Virus record (IMG/VR): IMGVR_UViG_3300033076_000983
Span: 1-42,310 of that record
Source of the DNA: a virus
Taxonomy: Duplodnaviria > Caudoviricetes
Length of the DNA: 42,310 nt
Reading direction: 5' to 3' (one strand)
Under the pieces are notes generated by a model. It had not been told where the DNA came from, searched no databases, and worked only from the letters and a program-made list of their open reading frames with translations. Shown here piece by piece: positions 16,789 to 24,735 of the stretch (its first letter is position 1; each line of letters begins with the position of its first letter). The position numbers were made by a program, and so were the translations under genes.

Positions 16789-17190
16789 ATGATAGACACA
16801 GAATTAAGTTGTTTAGTGAGAATAGCGAAAGCGTTTGAAAGGATTGCAGATGCGCTTGAAAAACAACAACTGTATGTGAGTACTGCACCCGCGAGTACAA
16901 CGGAAGGAGATATCCCGCGCATTCAATGTGAGATTAAAACCGAAAAGATAGTAACTGACGTGTTTGATCTGTTTCCTGCGACAAAGACAACGGAGCCGGC
17001 AACTGGCGCAGAAGAAACCAAACTTACTGAAACCGATGTTCGGAAAGCGGTGGCGGATCACGTCAAGAAACATGGGACGGACTCCGGACGCGCTATCCTT
17101 AAACGATTCGGAGATGGAATGGTAGCTTCGATCAAAAAAGAGGACTATAGAGTGGTAATCAACCTTTTAACGGGGGCATCCAATGGATAA
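16789..17190 (+). CDS. Hypothetical protein preceding the Cas4-like nuclease
   Basis: RIADALE N-terminus, low-complexity linker and C-terminal helical domain, as commonly found at this position. Confidence 0.65.
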   Translation: MIDTELSCLVRIAKAFERIADALEKQQLYVSTAPASTTEGDIPRIQCEIKTEKIVTDVFDLFPATKTTEPATGAEETKLTETDVRKAVADHVKKHGTDSGRAILKRFGDGMVASIKKEDYRVVINLLTGASNG

Positions 17191-18331
17191 ACTTCATTCA
17201 ATTATCGGCGCGTCAAGCGCAAAGCGGTGGTTTAACTGCCCCGGTTCAGTACAGGAAATCAAAAAGTACCCAACCCCACCGCAATCAGAGTATGCGGAAG
17301 AAGGAACGAAAGCGCACGATTTAGCGGAGCAGATTTTGTTGGGTAATCCTTTCGTATGTGACGACGAGGAAATGCTCGGTCATGTTCGCCTCTACGTTGA
17401 GACAGTTCGCGAAGACCAAGAAATGTTGGGCGGTGAGATTGTCGTTGAACAGCAATTTGCTCTCCCTCAACTCCACCCAAACCTGTGGGGGACGAACGAC
17501 GCCGCGTTAATTACAGAGGTGGGCGTGTTGATTGTGTACGATTTTAAATACGGAAAGGGCGTTGTCGTTGAAGTCGTTGACAATGAACAGCTTATGATTT
17601 ACGGACTCGGTGCATTAAGCAAATACAAGGCGAAAGGCTATGTATTCCAAACCATTGAAATCGTAATTGTTCAACCACGGGCGTATCACGAAGACGGGGT
17701 TGTGCGTCGTCAGAAATTTGACGTGACCCAACTCGAAGCGTTTGCGGAAGTATTAGCAAAGAAAGCTCATGCTACTGACGACACGAACGCCAAATTAAGT
17801 GCAGGCGAGTGGTGCAAATTCTGCCCCGCACAACCAGGGTGTCCTGCTCTGAAAAAGAAAATCGAAGAAACGGCTATGGTTGCTTTTGATGATGCAATCC
17901 CAACGCTTCCAACACCGGCAACGATTGACGAAGCAAAACTCGTTAAGCTGTTGCACTTTATTCCTGTTCTTGACGATTGGATTTCGAGCGTAAAATCTTT
18001 TGCCCTCGAAAAAGCGCGTCGCGGAGAAATGATACCGGGGTTTAAATTGGTACGCGGTCGTACACATCGTAAATGGAAAGACGAGGGACTGACGTACAAC
18101 GCGCTTTTACGTAGTGGGCTTTCAGAAGCCGACATTATGGAGGAGCCGAAGTTGAAATCCCCCGCTGTCATCGAAAAGCTCACAAAATTGGGCAAGCCAA
18201 AACAGCGAAAAGAAATTGTCGAACCATTGGTCGTGCAACCCGAGGGTGCGCTTAATCTCGTACCGGAAGATGACTCACGACCTTCGATCGACTCAACCGC
18301 GGGGGCGCAGAACGCGTTTCCCGATCTATAA
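17183..18331 (+). CDS. Cas4-like PD-(D/E)XK exonuclease (DUF2800-type)
   Basis: SSAKRWFNCPGS, EGTKAH, GTND, DFKYGKG, QLMIY, WCKFCPAQPGC. Confidence 0.88.
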   Translation: MDKLHSIIGASSAKRWFNCPGSVQEIKKYPTPPQSEYAEEGTKAHDLAEQILLGNPFVCDDEEMLGHVRLYVETVREDQEMLGGEIVVEQQFALPQLHPNLWGTNDAALITEVGVLIVYDFKYGKGVVVEVVDNEQLMIYGLGALSKYKAKGYVFQTIEIVIVQPRAYHEDGVVRRQKFDVTQLEAFAEVLAKKAHATDDTNAKLSAGEWCKFCPAQPGCPALKKKIEETAMVAFDDAIPTLPTPATIDEAKLVKLLHFIPVLDDWISSVKSFALEKARRGEMIPGFKLVRGRTHRKWKDEGLTYNALLRSGLSEADIMEEPKLKSPAVIEKLTKLGKPKQRKEIVEPLVVQPEGALNLVPEDDSRPSIDSTAGAQNAFPDL

Positions 18332-18339
18332 GGATGGAC

Positions 18340-18489
18340 ATGAAAACTTTTGAGATTTATCAGTGTCAGAATGGTTGGGTGGTGTATCTGAATGGAAGCA
18401 ACGGGGCACGAAACGCTTACGTCTTTACTACGATTAAAGAGGTTTCGGCTTTTGTATTAAAAATAGGGGGTGAAACGGATAAAAACTGA
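18340..18489 (+). CDS. 49-aa hypothetical protein
   Basis: MKTFEIYQCQNGWVVYLNG...AYVFTT; AAGGA RBS. Confidence 0.55.
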   Translation: MKTFEIYQCQNGWVVYLNGSNGARNAYVFTTIKEVSAFVLKIGGETDKN

Positions 18490-18532
18490 TTGAACGGATT
18501 CGAATTTAACAAATTAAACAGAGGATACTAAA

Positions 18533-19096
18533 ATGGCAAAAAGAGAATCAGTAGTAACACCAGAATTTCGCGCAGCGTTTGTTCATGTTTTTAAACCACA
18601 GGCGGGTATTGATGGGGGTGCACCAAAACATAGTGTTGTGATGCTTTTCCCGAAGACTGCAGACTTGTCAGGATTGAAAGCATTAGCACAAAAAACGGCG
18701 ATTGAGTTCTTCGGCGGAGCAGATAAAATCCCCGCAGATTTCAAGAGTCCGTTCCGTGACGGGAATACAAAACCAGAGCTTGAGGGGTATAAAGACATGA
18801 TCTTTGTGACCGCGAGTTCCAATGCGGATAAATTTCCTGCACCGGGCGTTGTGGACGCGAATAAACAACCGATTCTTGATCAATCTCAAGTGTATAGCGG
18901 GTGCTATATGCGCGCGGTGGTCACTTGCTTCGGCTACAACCGAGCAGGAAACAAAGGCGTCTCGTTTGGTCTGAACCATGTTCAGAAAATTCGTGACGGC
19001 GAACCGTTTAGCGGACGTGGTAAAGCAGAAGACGCTTTCGATGACTCTTACAAGGGCACGGAAGCTCCTGCAGGTGACGTTTCTAAATTGTTCTAA
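18533..19096 (+). CDS. ssb: ssDNA-binding protein (DUF2815 / T7 gp2.5-like)
   Basis: RAAFVHVF.P, PFRDG, VYSGCY, GNKGVSFGLNHVQKIRDGEPFSG; acidic tail ending in F. Confidence 0.88.
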   Translation: MAKRESVVTPEFRAAFVHVFKPQAGIDGGAPKHSVVMLFPKTADLSGLKALAQKTAIEFFGGADKIPADFKSPFRDGNTKPELEGYKDMIFVTASSNADKFPAPGVVDANKQPILDQSQVYSGCYMRAVVTCFGYNRAGNKGVSFGLNHVQKIRDGEPFSGRGKAEDAFDDSYKGTEAPAGDVSKLF

Positions 19097-19105
19097 AATA
19101 AAACA

Positions 19106-19180
19106 GAGCTGTGCGAGCGCGGGACGCGACCGCGGGGTTATCACACCTTATGGCCGGGGAGTTAAATCTCCCCACAGCTC
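19106..19180 (+). ncRNA. tRNA-like cloverleaf element (non-canonical)
   Basis: 8-bp closing stem GAGCUGUG/CACAGCUC stacked on GGGAG-UUAAAU-CUCCC (T-arm-like), plus two internal hairpins; 75 nt; intergenic. Confidence 0.45.
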
Positions 19181-19201
19181 CCTATTAAAAGTGAGATATT
19201 T

Positions 19202-19399
19202 ATGACTGAGAAAAATCCTTTCGATAAAACTATAATCACTATTGATTTTGGACGCGGGGAGAAGCGCGAGTACACAGTTTGTGAAGCCCACGGGGGCAAC
19301 ATTCGCGCCGGTATGGAAGTTACACTTCGGTTCACGCATCCTAAGTTTGGTGAGAACTTTCACGCAGAACTTGATAAGCGTGGGACGTATTTCAAATGA
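19202..19399 (+). CDS. Small hypothetical protein
   Basis: 65 aa ORF, ATGA-coupled to the next gene. Confidence 0.5.
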   Translation: MTEKNPFDKTIITIDFGRGEKREYTVCEAHGGNIRAGMEVTLRFTHPKFGENFHAELDKRGTYFK

Positions 19400-19644
19400 G
19401 TTGGGCTGAAGACATGGGATACGATCACTACGAACCGAATGACGAAGCGTTCGCGCACACCCTAAAATTCATCGAAGTAAAAGCGCGCACTGATAAAGCG
19501 TGGCTTTGCGTTTTTAAAACGAAAAAAGGAACGGCGGAGAAATGGCTTCCAAAGTCTCAATGCGACATTGACGAAAGCGTAAACGAAATCACCGTCCCCG
19601 AATGGCTCGTTGAGAAGAATGATTTATGGGAGTGGAGCGTATGA
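19396..19644 (+). CDS. Small beta-barrel-like hypothetical protein
   Basis: TDKAWL...WLPKSQ...ITVPEWL..K pattern common in phage small proteins. Confidence 0.7.
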   Translation: MSWAEDMGYDHYEPNDEAFAHTLKFIEVKARTDKAWLCVFKTKKGTAEKWLPKSQCDIDESVNEITVPEWLVEKNDLWEWSV

Positions 19645-19805
19645 AATGCCGAAAACACGCGTGGGAACTCCATGTTGCGACTATCCCCATGAAAATTAAG
19701 TTAACTCCCGGATCGGTTAACTATGTGCGCCCCGAAAAATTTGAGGTCTTGCTTTGCGTTTGGTGTTTCAAAATAACAAATCGTCCACCGGAGAAAAAAG
19801 TATGA
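19641..19805 (+). CDS. 54-aa putative Zn-finger mini-protein
   Basis: MKCRKHAW...LCVWCFK; ATGA overlaps with the upstream gene and with polA. Confidence 0.5.
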   Translation: MKCRKHAWELHVATIPMKIKLTPGSVNYVRPEKFEVLLCVWCFKITNRPPEKKV

Positions 19806-21754
19806 GCACCCTCTACATCGATTTCGAAACCACATCCACCGTTGACCTTAAAAAAGTCGGCGCGTGGATGTACTCTCGCCATCCATCGACTGATGTGTTG
19901 TGCATGGCTTATGCGGAAGAAGGGGATGAAGTTCATATTACACCACATAAGAGAATACCCGAAATGACAGCTTTTGAAGTTATTCTTCGCCGCGCGTTAA
20001 AAGTCGAAGCTCACAACGCATTTTTTGAACGCGCGATTTGGACAAACATTATGGTTGCGCGTTATGGATGGCCTGAAATCCCCGAAGACAAATGGCGTTG
20101 CTCTGCCGCGCTTGCCGCGTCAAAAGGTTTACCGCGTAAATTGGAATACGTCGCGCAAGTTTTGAAACTGAAGAATCAGAAAGACCCACGCGGACAAAAG
20201 TTAATTTTAAAAACGAACGGAATAAAAAGGAAGGTACTCGATGGAAACGAATTCAAAGATTTATGTGACTACTGCAAAAGGGACGTGGAAGTTGAACGTG
20301 AGCTTTCCCAAAGGCTCGGTAGCCTCTCTCCTCAAGAGCTTAAAGTGTGGCAACTTGACCAAAAAATCAATCTGCGGGGTATCTATTTCGACCGGAAATG
20401 TGTCGAGTCCGCTATGGGTCTTGTCGGAGAGTTCGCCAACGGACTTAAAAGCGATGTTGCGAGTATTACAAAAGGTGAAATCACAAGTACCAATCAAGTC
20501 GCCAAAACAATCGAATGGCTCGGGAAAAAAGGCGTTAAGGTCAAAGACCTCACAAAAGATAGTGTTTCCAAAGCTCTCGCCCGGGGGGATTCTCTCGACC
20601 CCGACGCGAAAATGGTTCTCTCTATCCGCGCACAACTCGCAAAAAATTCGGTCAAAAAACTCGAAGCGATGCAAAACGTCGCGGACTCGGACGACCGCAT
20701 AAGAGATTGTTTTATGTACCACGGGGCAAGCACCGGCAGATGGACAGGGAAACTTGTCCAGTTGCAAAATCTTCCCCGTGGGACGATAAATGATCTTGAT
20801 ACTTGTTTCGACCTAATTAATGCGGGTGACCTTGAGCTTTTCAAAGCGTGTTATCCCGATGTGATGGGTGCGGTAAGTTCATGCGTGCGTGGGATGCTGA
20901 CTGCAAAGCCGGGGCACACGCTAATTGCCGCGGATTATAATGCCATCGAAACGCGCGTTTTATTTTGGCTTGCGGGAGAAGAACGTGGGCTTCAAAAATT
21001 TCGTGACGGAACCGATCTTTACAAAGATATGGCGTCAGATATTTACAAAGTCTCTAACGACGCAGTAACGAAACTCCAAAGGCAGGTCGGGAAAACAGCT
21101 ATCTTGGGGCTAGGATACCAAATGGGCGCAGAAAAGTTTTTCGATACCTGCGCGCTAAATGGGATTGACTTGAGCAAGCAGTTAGCCGAGGGGGTTATTA
21201 TAACCTACCGAAGCAAATACGACTCGGTTGTGCGGTTTTGGTATGCTATGGAGGATAACGCTAGGAAAGCCTTTAAAAACCCCGGCAAGGGCTATAAAGT
21301 AGGGCGTTTAACCTGGATTTATGACCAAGTACAGAATATTCTTGGGTTAAGACTTCCATCGGGACGGCATTTACACTATTGGTGGCCGTCTATTGAAAGT
21401 GTTACTCGGATGAATAAAGACGGCGTGGAATACACTAAAGATGCCCTCTGCTTTTGGTCGGTTGATTCAACAACGAAGAAGTGGGCAAAAGAGTCCACTT
21501 ATGGGGGGAAGCTCGTGGAAAACGCCGTACAAGCGGTGGCAAGAGATTTACTAGCCGAAGCGATGCTAAATTTAAATCGACATGAACACGACATTGTTTT
21601 GCACGCGCATGATGAAGTAGTTATCGAGTGCGCGGAAGAACACCGGGATGTAAACGAACATTTTTTAACTATTGAAATGGAATCCCTCCCCAATTGGGCG
21701 GAAGGACTTCCGATCAAAGCCGAAACTTGGGTTTCGAAAAGGTACAAAAAATAA
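19802..21754 (+). CDS. polA: Family A DNA polymerase with 3'-5' exonuclease
   Basis: Exo DFET, AHNAFFER, YCKRDV; STGRW; motif A ADYNAIETR; motif B RQVGKTAILGLGY; motif C HAHDEVV. Likely start ATG 19802. Confidence 0.95.
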   Translation: MSTLYIDFETTSTVDLKKVGAWMYSRHPSTDVLCMAYAEEGDEVHITPHKRIPEMTAFEVILRRALKVEAHNAFFERAIWTNIMVARYGWPEIPEDKWRCSAALAASKGLPRKLEYVAQVLKLKNQKDPRGQKLILKTNGIKRKVLDGNEFKDLCDYCKRDVEVERELSQRLGSLSPQELKVWQLDQKINLRGIYFDRKCVESAMGLVGEFANGLKSDVASITKGEITSTNQVAKTIEWLGKKGVKVKDLTKDSVSKALARGDSLDPDAKMVLSIRAQLAKNSVKKLEAMQNVADSDDRIRDCFMYHGASTGRWTGKLVQLQNLPRGTINDLDTCFDLINAGDLELFKACYPDVMGAVSSCVRGMLTAKPGHTLIAADYNAIETRVLFWLAGEERGLQKFRDGTDLYKDMASDIYKVSNDAVTKLQRQVGKTAILGLGYQMGAEKFFDTCALNGIDLSKQLAEGVIITYRSKYDSVVRFWYAMEDNARKAFKNPGKGYKVGRLTWIYDQVQNILGLRLPSGRHLHYWWPSIESVTRMNKDGVEYTKDALCFWSVDSTTKKWAKESTYGGKLVENAVQAVARDLLAEAMLNLNRHEHDIVLHAHDEVVIECAEEHRDVNEHFLTIEMESLPNWAEGLPIKAETWVSKRYKK

Positions 21755-22233
21755 TGTATACTCCGCAGATGAAGTATACGTTTACAATCCCCGGCGTTCC
21801 AATCCCCCAACATAGACCAAGGTTCACAACCATTGGTGGATATGGTCGCGCTTACTCTGCGAAATCAGATGTCGAGTTCCGCAAAGTTATCCAGACTGCT
21901 TTCTTTAAGGCAAAAGACAGATTTGCAGCAGATCTTGGCTCGAGTCCTTTTCCGTTTGGGAAAGAAATTCCGCTCCGGGTTGAACTTACTTTTCTTTTGC
22001 CAATCCCGGATTCTTACTCTCAGAAAAAAAGAGCGTCCGCACTTGCTCGTGAAACTCCTCATGTTAAAAAACCAGACGTAGATAACTTGATGAAAGGAAT
22101 ATTTGATGGTTTGAAAGGGCACGCGTGGCACGATGATAGCCAGGTCATAGAAGTGCACGCCGATAAATATTATCACGTGCACCCGATGACTGTGATGACT
22201 ATATCGGTTTGGAGACCTTTAGTGCCAAACTAA
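21754..22233 (+). CDS. rusA: RusA-like Holliday junction resolvase
   Basis: PGVPIPQHRPR and KPDVDNLMKGIFDGL...WHDDSQV. Confidence 0.9.
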   Translation: MYTPQMKYTFTIPGVPIPQHRPRFTTIGGYGRAYSAKSDVEFRKVIQTAFFKAKDRFAADLGSSPFPFGKEIPLRVELTFLLPIPDSYSQKKRASALARETPHVKKPDVDNLMKGIFDGLKGHAWHDDSQVIEVHADKYYHVHPMTVMTISVWRPLVPN

Positions 22234-22518
22234 ATGTAAGAAAAGAAAAAAGATCGCGAGACACATGAAAATTGCGGCAAGGTATGTCCGAATACGCGTC
22301 TCGGCCCTTTGGATTGCGTCAGTTGTTTGTGTTGATAGAGTTTTTCCGTAGAGTTTTTTAACATTGACTACCTCACCAATCAACACGCAAACAACGATTC
22401 CGACAAATGTCCAAAAGAAACTAATGTGTCCGATGGACAGCCAAAAATATTGCATGGCTACGTAGCAAATCAAACAGCAGATAAGCCAAAACTGACGCAT
22501 TACCTTGGGGGAAAACAT
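22219..22518 (-). CDS. Small 3-TM membrane protein (lysis region)
   Basis: Three hydrophobic segments; last gene of the late arm, overlapping the rusA stop. Confidence 0.65.
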   Translation of the reverse strand: MFSPKVMRQFWLICCLICYVAMQYFWLSIGHISFFWTFVGIVVCVLIGEVVNVKKLYGKTLSTQTTDAIQRAETRIRTYLAAIFMCLAIFFLFLHLVWH

Positions 22519-22751
22519 TACTGTTTCTCCAAAATGCTATATGCTTTCATGGTTATTAACCGCGAAGGCTCTTGGGCTACGATACAATAGGTTTTATTAA
22601 CTTCGTCTGTAGGTAGTTTAATACCGCAAACTTTAGCTCCGCGTTCAACATCGATGATGTCTTTAGCTCCACCAAGAACTATTGTTTTCGTTGGCAGCCA
22701 AGAGCAACTAATCAGAACTGTGCTTGTCAGCACGAGCAGTATCGTACGCAT
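22518..22751 (-). CDS. Lipoprotein, o-spanin-like
   Basis: MRTILLVLTSTVLIS-C lipobox; overlaps the upstream gene; two further Cys. Confidence 0.65.
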   Translation of the reverse strand: MRTILLVLTSTVLISCSWLPTKTIVLGGAKDIIDVERGAKVCGIKLPTDEVNKTYCIVAQEPSRLITMKAYSILEKQ

Positions 22752-22911
22752 CCCAATCTCCTTTTGTTACGGCTTCATCCATTTTGGCTTGCGCAGCTTC
22801 TTTTTTGGCGTCTTTTTTATCTAGTTTATTTGCCCACCTTTTAGACCATGGGTTAACAAGATCAAAAAATCCGACAATAGCTTTTAACGCGAGGGTTAAC
22901 CAATCGGGCAT
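22708..22911 (-). CDS. Small protein, i-spanin-like
   Basis: Hydrophobic N-terminus followed by a charged helix; overlapped by the lipoprotein gene. Confidence 0.5.
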   Translation of the reverse strand: MPDWLTLALKAIVGFFDLVNPWSKRWANKLDKKDAKKEAAQAKMDEAVTKGDWDAYDTARADKHSSD

Positions 22912-22912
22912 A

Positions 22913-23137
22913 TTAGTTTTTCTTGTTAAAAATTTTCAAAGCAGCCCATTTACCTAGCTTGGTGGCAAGATTATCGTCCCATTTCCAGGGGGTAAACGGG
23001 GCAATAAGCTGTACGAGCGATTCAACGGCCTTGAGTACGCCACCAATTGCGGCGAGTACAACTAGAACCGCTACGGTAATTTCATCCCAGTTCTTTACCA
23101 CTCCCTGCACACTATCGATAAATTCTTTAATACCCAT
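22913..23137 (-). CDS. Holin-like membrane protein
   Basis: TM segment, IAPFTPWKWDD (TP...DD) motif and basic C-terminus. Confidence 0.6.
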   Translation of the reverse strand: MGIKEFIDSVQGVVKNWDEITVAVLVVLAAIGGVLKAVESLVQLIAPFTPWKWDDNLATKLGKWAALKIFNKKN

Positions 23138-23138
23138 G

Positions 23139-23468
23139 TTAGGCTCCTTTGTGTTGTTCTATGATCAAAATTCTTTGCTCGTGGTTATCCAAACGTTTTT
23201 CTACCGCAGAAAAATCTCTATCCGCATCTTTTGATGTGTACCGATTCGTTCCGCTATCCTTTATCGCGATATATAGATCTGCTATCGCCTTTTGTGTAAA
23301 ATCCACTTTGGTTGTGAGCGCGGATCCCCACGCTACCGCAGCTATGGTTTGAACAACTATAGCAAAAATTAAACCCAACAGCTCAAAACGAATAACAAAA
23401 CCTTTTTCAGTAATAGAGGTTTCTGTTTCGGGTTGTCGTCTATCGGGGTCACCTTGTTTCCAAACCAT
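23139..23468 (-). CDS. Single-TM coiled-coil protein (lysis region)
   Basis: DRR N-terminus, one TM segment, C-terminal RLDNHEQRI coiled coil. Confidence 0.65.
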   Translation of the reverse strand: MVWKQGDPDRRQPETETSITEKGFVIRFELLGLIFAIVVQTIAAVAWGSALTTKVDFTQKAIADLYIAIKDSGTNRYTSKDADRDFSAVEKRLDNHEQRILIIEQHKGA

Positions 23469-23488
23469 TTTTTTCTCCTATTTTATTG

Positions 23489-23869
23489 TTAAGTATTAGA
23501 ACATTTTTCCTGCGCAATACATAAATTTTTCATTGCAATTAAGACAGCCCCCATCGCCTGTGCAACCGATGGATCCTGCCCTGCGACTGCAAATAGATCA
23601 TCTTGCGAGAGAATGGTTTCATGTCCTTCTGCTAAAACAGAACCCTGACCATCGAAAGGGATAAAAACAGCGGTTAAGCTAGTCTTTTCGGTCGGTGACG
23701 GCGCATAAACTGATAGGCTTTTCATCCAGTATTTTGAGTAGGTTTTTTCCTGTGTCGCGGGAACTACAATAGGTTCATTTGACTCAATTGACGGCAGATC
23801 ATCTGCAAAAGAGCTTCGCGCGAAAAGAGCGATTAAACATATCCATAGAAAAATTTTTGCGTGTTTCAT
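23489..23869 (-). CDS. Secreted-type hypothetical protein (possible fibre-associated)
   Basis: Start re-called at ATG 23869 (GAGG RBS): MKHAKIFLWICLIALFARSSFA|DD signal peptide. Confidence 0.65.
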   Translation of the reverse strand: MKHAKIFLWICLIALFARSSFADDLPSIESNEPIVVPATQEKTYSKYWMKSLSVYAPSPTEKTSLTAVFIPFDGQGSVLAEGHETILSQDDLFAVAGQDPSVAQAMGAVLIAMKNLCIAQEKCSNT

Positions 23870-23871
23870 TG

Positions 23872-24735
23872 TTACCTCTGGTAAGTTAAATAGTCGTCTG
23901 CTTTGCCTGTCGCTGATCCAAATTCTGTGCAATTATTTGACGAACCGCTTAGATCTTTTATTGCGCCCGAAGATGCAGAAACGCTCGAGCCGTTACTTGT
24001 TTCAGCAAGTTGCCAATATCCGGTTAAAGAACCGGGCTGAATTTGTCGAACAAATCCCTTTATCTTAGTTTTATATATCAAATCTATTTCAGCGGCAGTT
24101 AGAACTTTATTCTTCCAAAAGGCTGCTTCAATGATGTCACCTTTCCATCCCCCCGTTCTAGTGCCTGTTGAATTTATCGCGACACCAATACCTACCTGCT
24201 GAATAGAATCATCCCTCGGCTTTCTTACGTTTAACGTCGCACTTGTTACCGTAGCAGTTCCGTCAGCAACGCCATTAACGTAACACGCCCAATTGCCAGG
24301 GTCAGAAGCCCCGCCATCATAAGTTACGAAAACACTGTAGACACCTGTGCCTGATTGAGCAGTTGTGCATGTGATCGGATGATTAAGCCCTGTGTTCAAA
24401 TCCTCGAAATCAGCTCCGAACTTATTTGACGCAGGGATATAGCCAAGAAACCAATTTCCATCAACGTTACTTCCATCGGCCTCCCCAACCGCTCTTGCAA
24501 GTATTGGCTCAATTGCTGTTAACCCACCTGATCCTGTTGATGCCGTCACTCCCGCACCGGTTCTGTTAACCAAAGCATAAATAGTAAAACTGTTTGCGTT
24601 AAGTGTTGTACTTATTCCGCAATTCGCCCCAGTGGCTGATGTCCCGGGGTATGTAATTGCAGATAAACAAATACTTACCGAAGCGAATAGAAATAATGTG
24701 CTAATTTGTAGTGTTTTTAGCAGTTTTTTTATCAT
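23872..24735 (-). CDS. LamG/concanavalin A-like lectin-domain protein with signal peptide
   Basis: FTIYALV, VFVTYDG, CYVNGV, WKGDIIEAAFW...LTAAEI, LTGYW, DLSG; N-terminal signal sequence. Confidence 0.8.
   Translation of the reverse strand: MIKKLLKTLQISTLFLFASVSICLSAITYPGTSATGANCGISTTLNANSFTIYALVNRTGAGVTASTGSGGLTAIEPILARAVGEADGSNVDGNWFLGYIPASNKFGADFEDLNTGLNHPITCTTAQSGTGVYSVFVTYDGGASDPGNWACYVNGVADGTATVTSATLNVRKPRDDSIQQVGIGVAINSTGTRTGGWKGDIIEAAFWKNKVLTAAEIDLIYKTKIKGFVRQIQPGSLTGYWQLAETSNGSSVSASSGAIKDLSGSSNNCTEFGSATGKADDYLTYQR

Noticed and set aside
17183-18331. CRISPR-Cas adaptation gene (cas4)
   Set aside because: No cas1/cas2 or array; it sits in the standard helicase-nuclease-SSB-PolA replication module.
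19106-19180. Functional selenocysteine or opal-suppressor tRNA (TCA in a loop, 8/5 fold)
   Set aside because: No U33 or 7-nt anticodon loop, T-loop one nt short, no long variable arm or CCA; genes use TGA as a normal stop.
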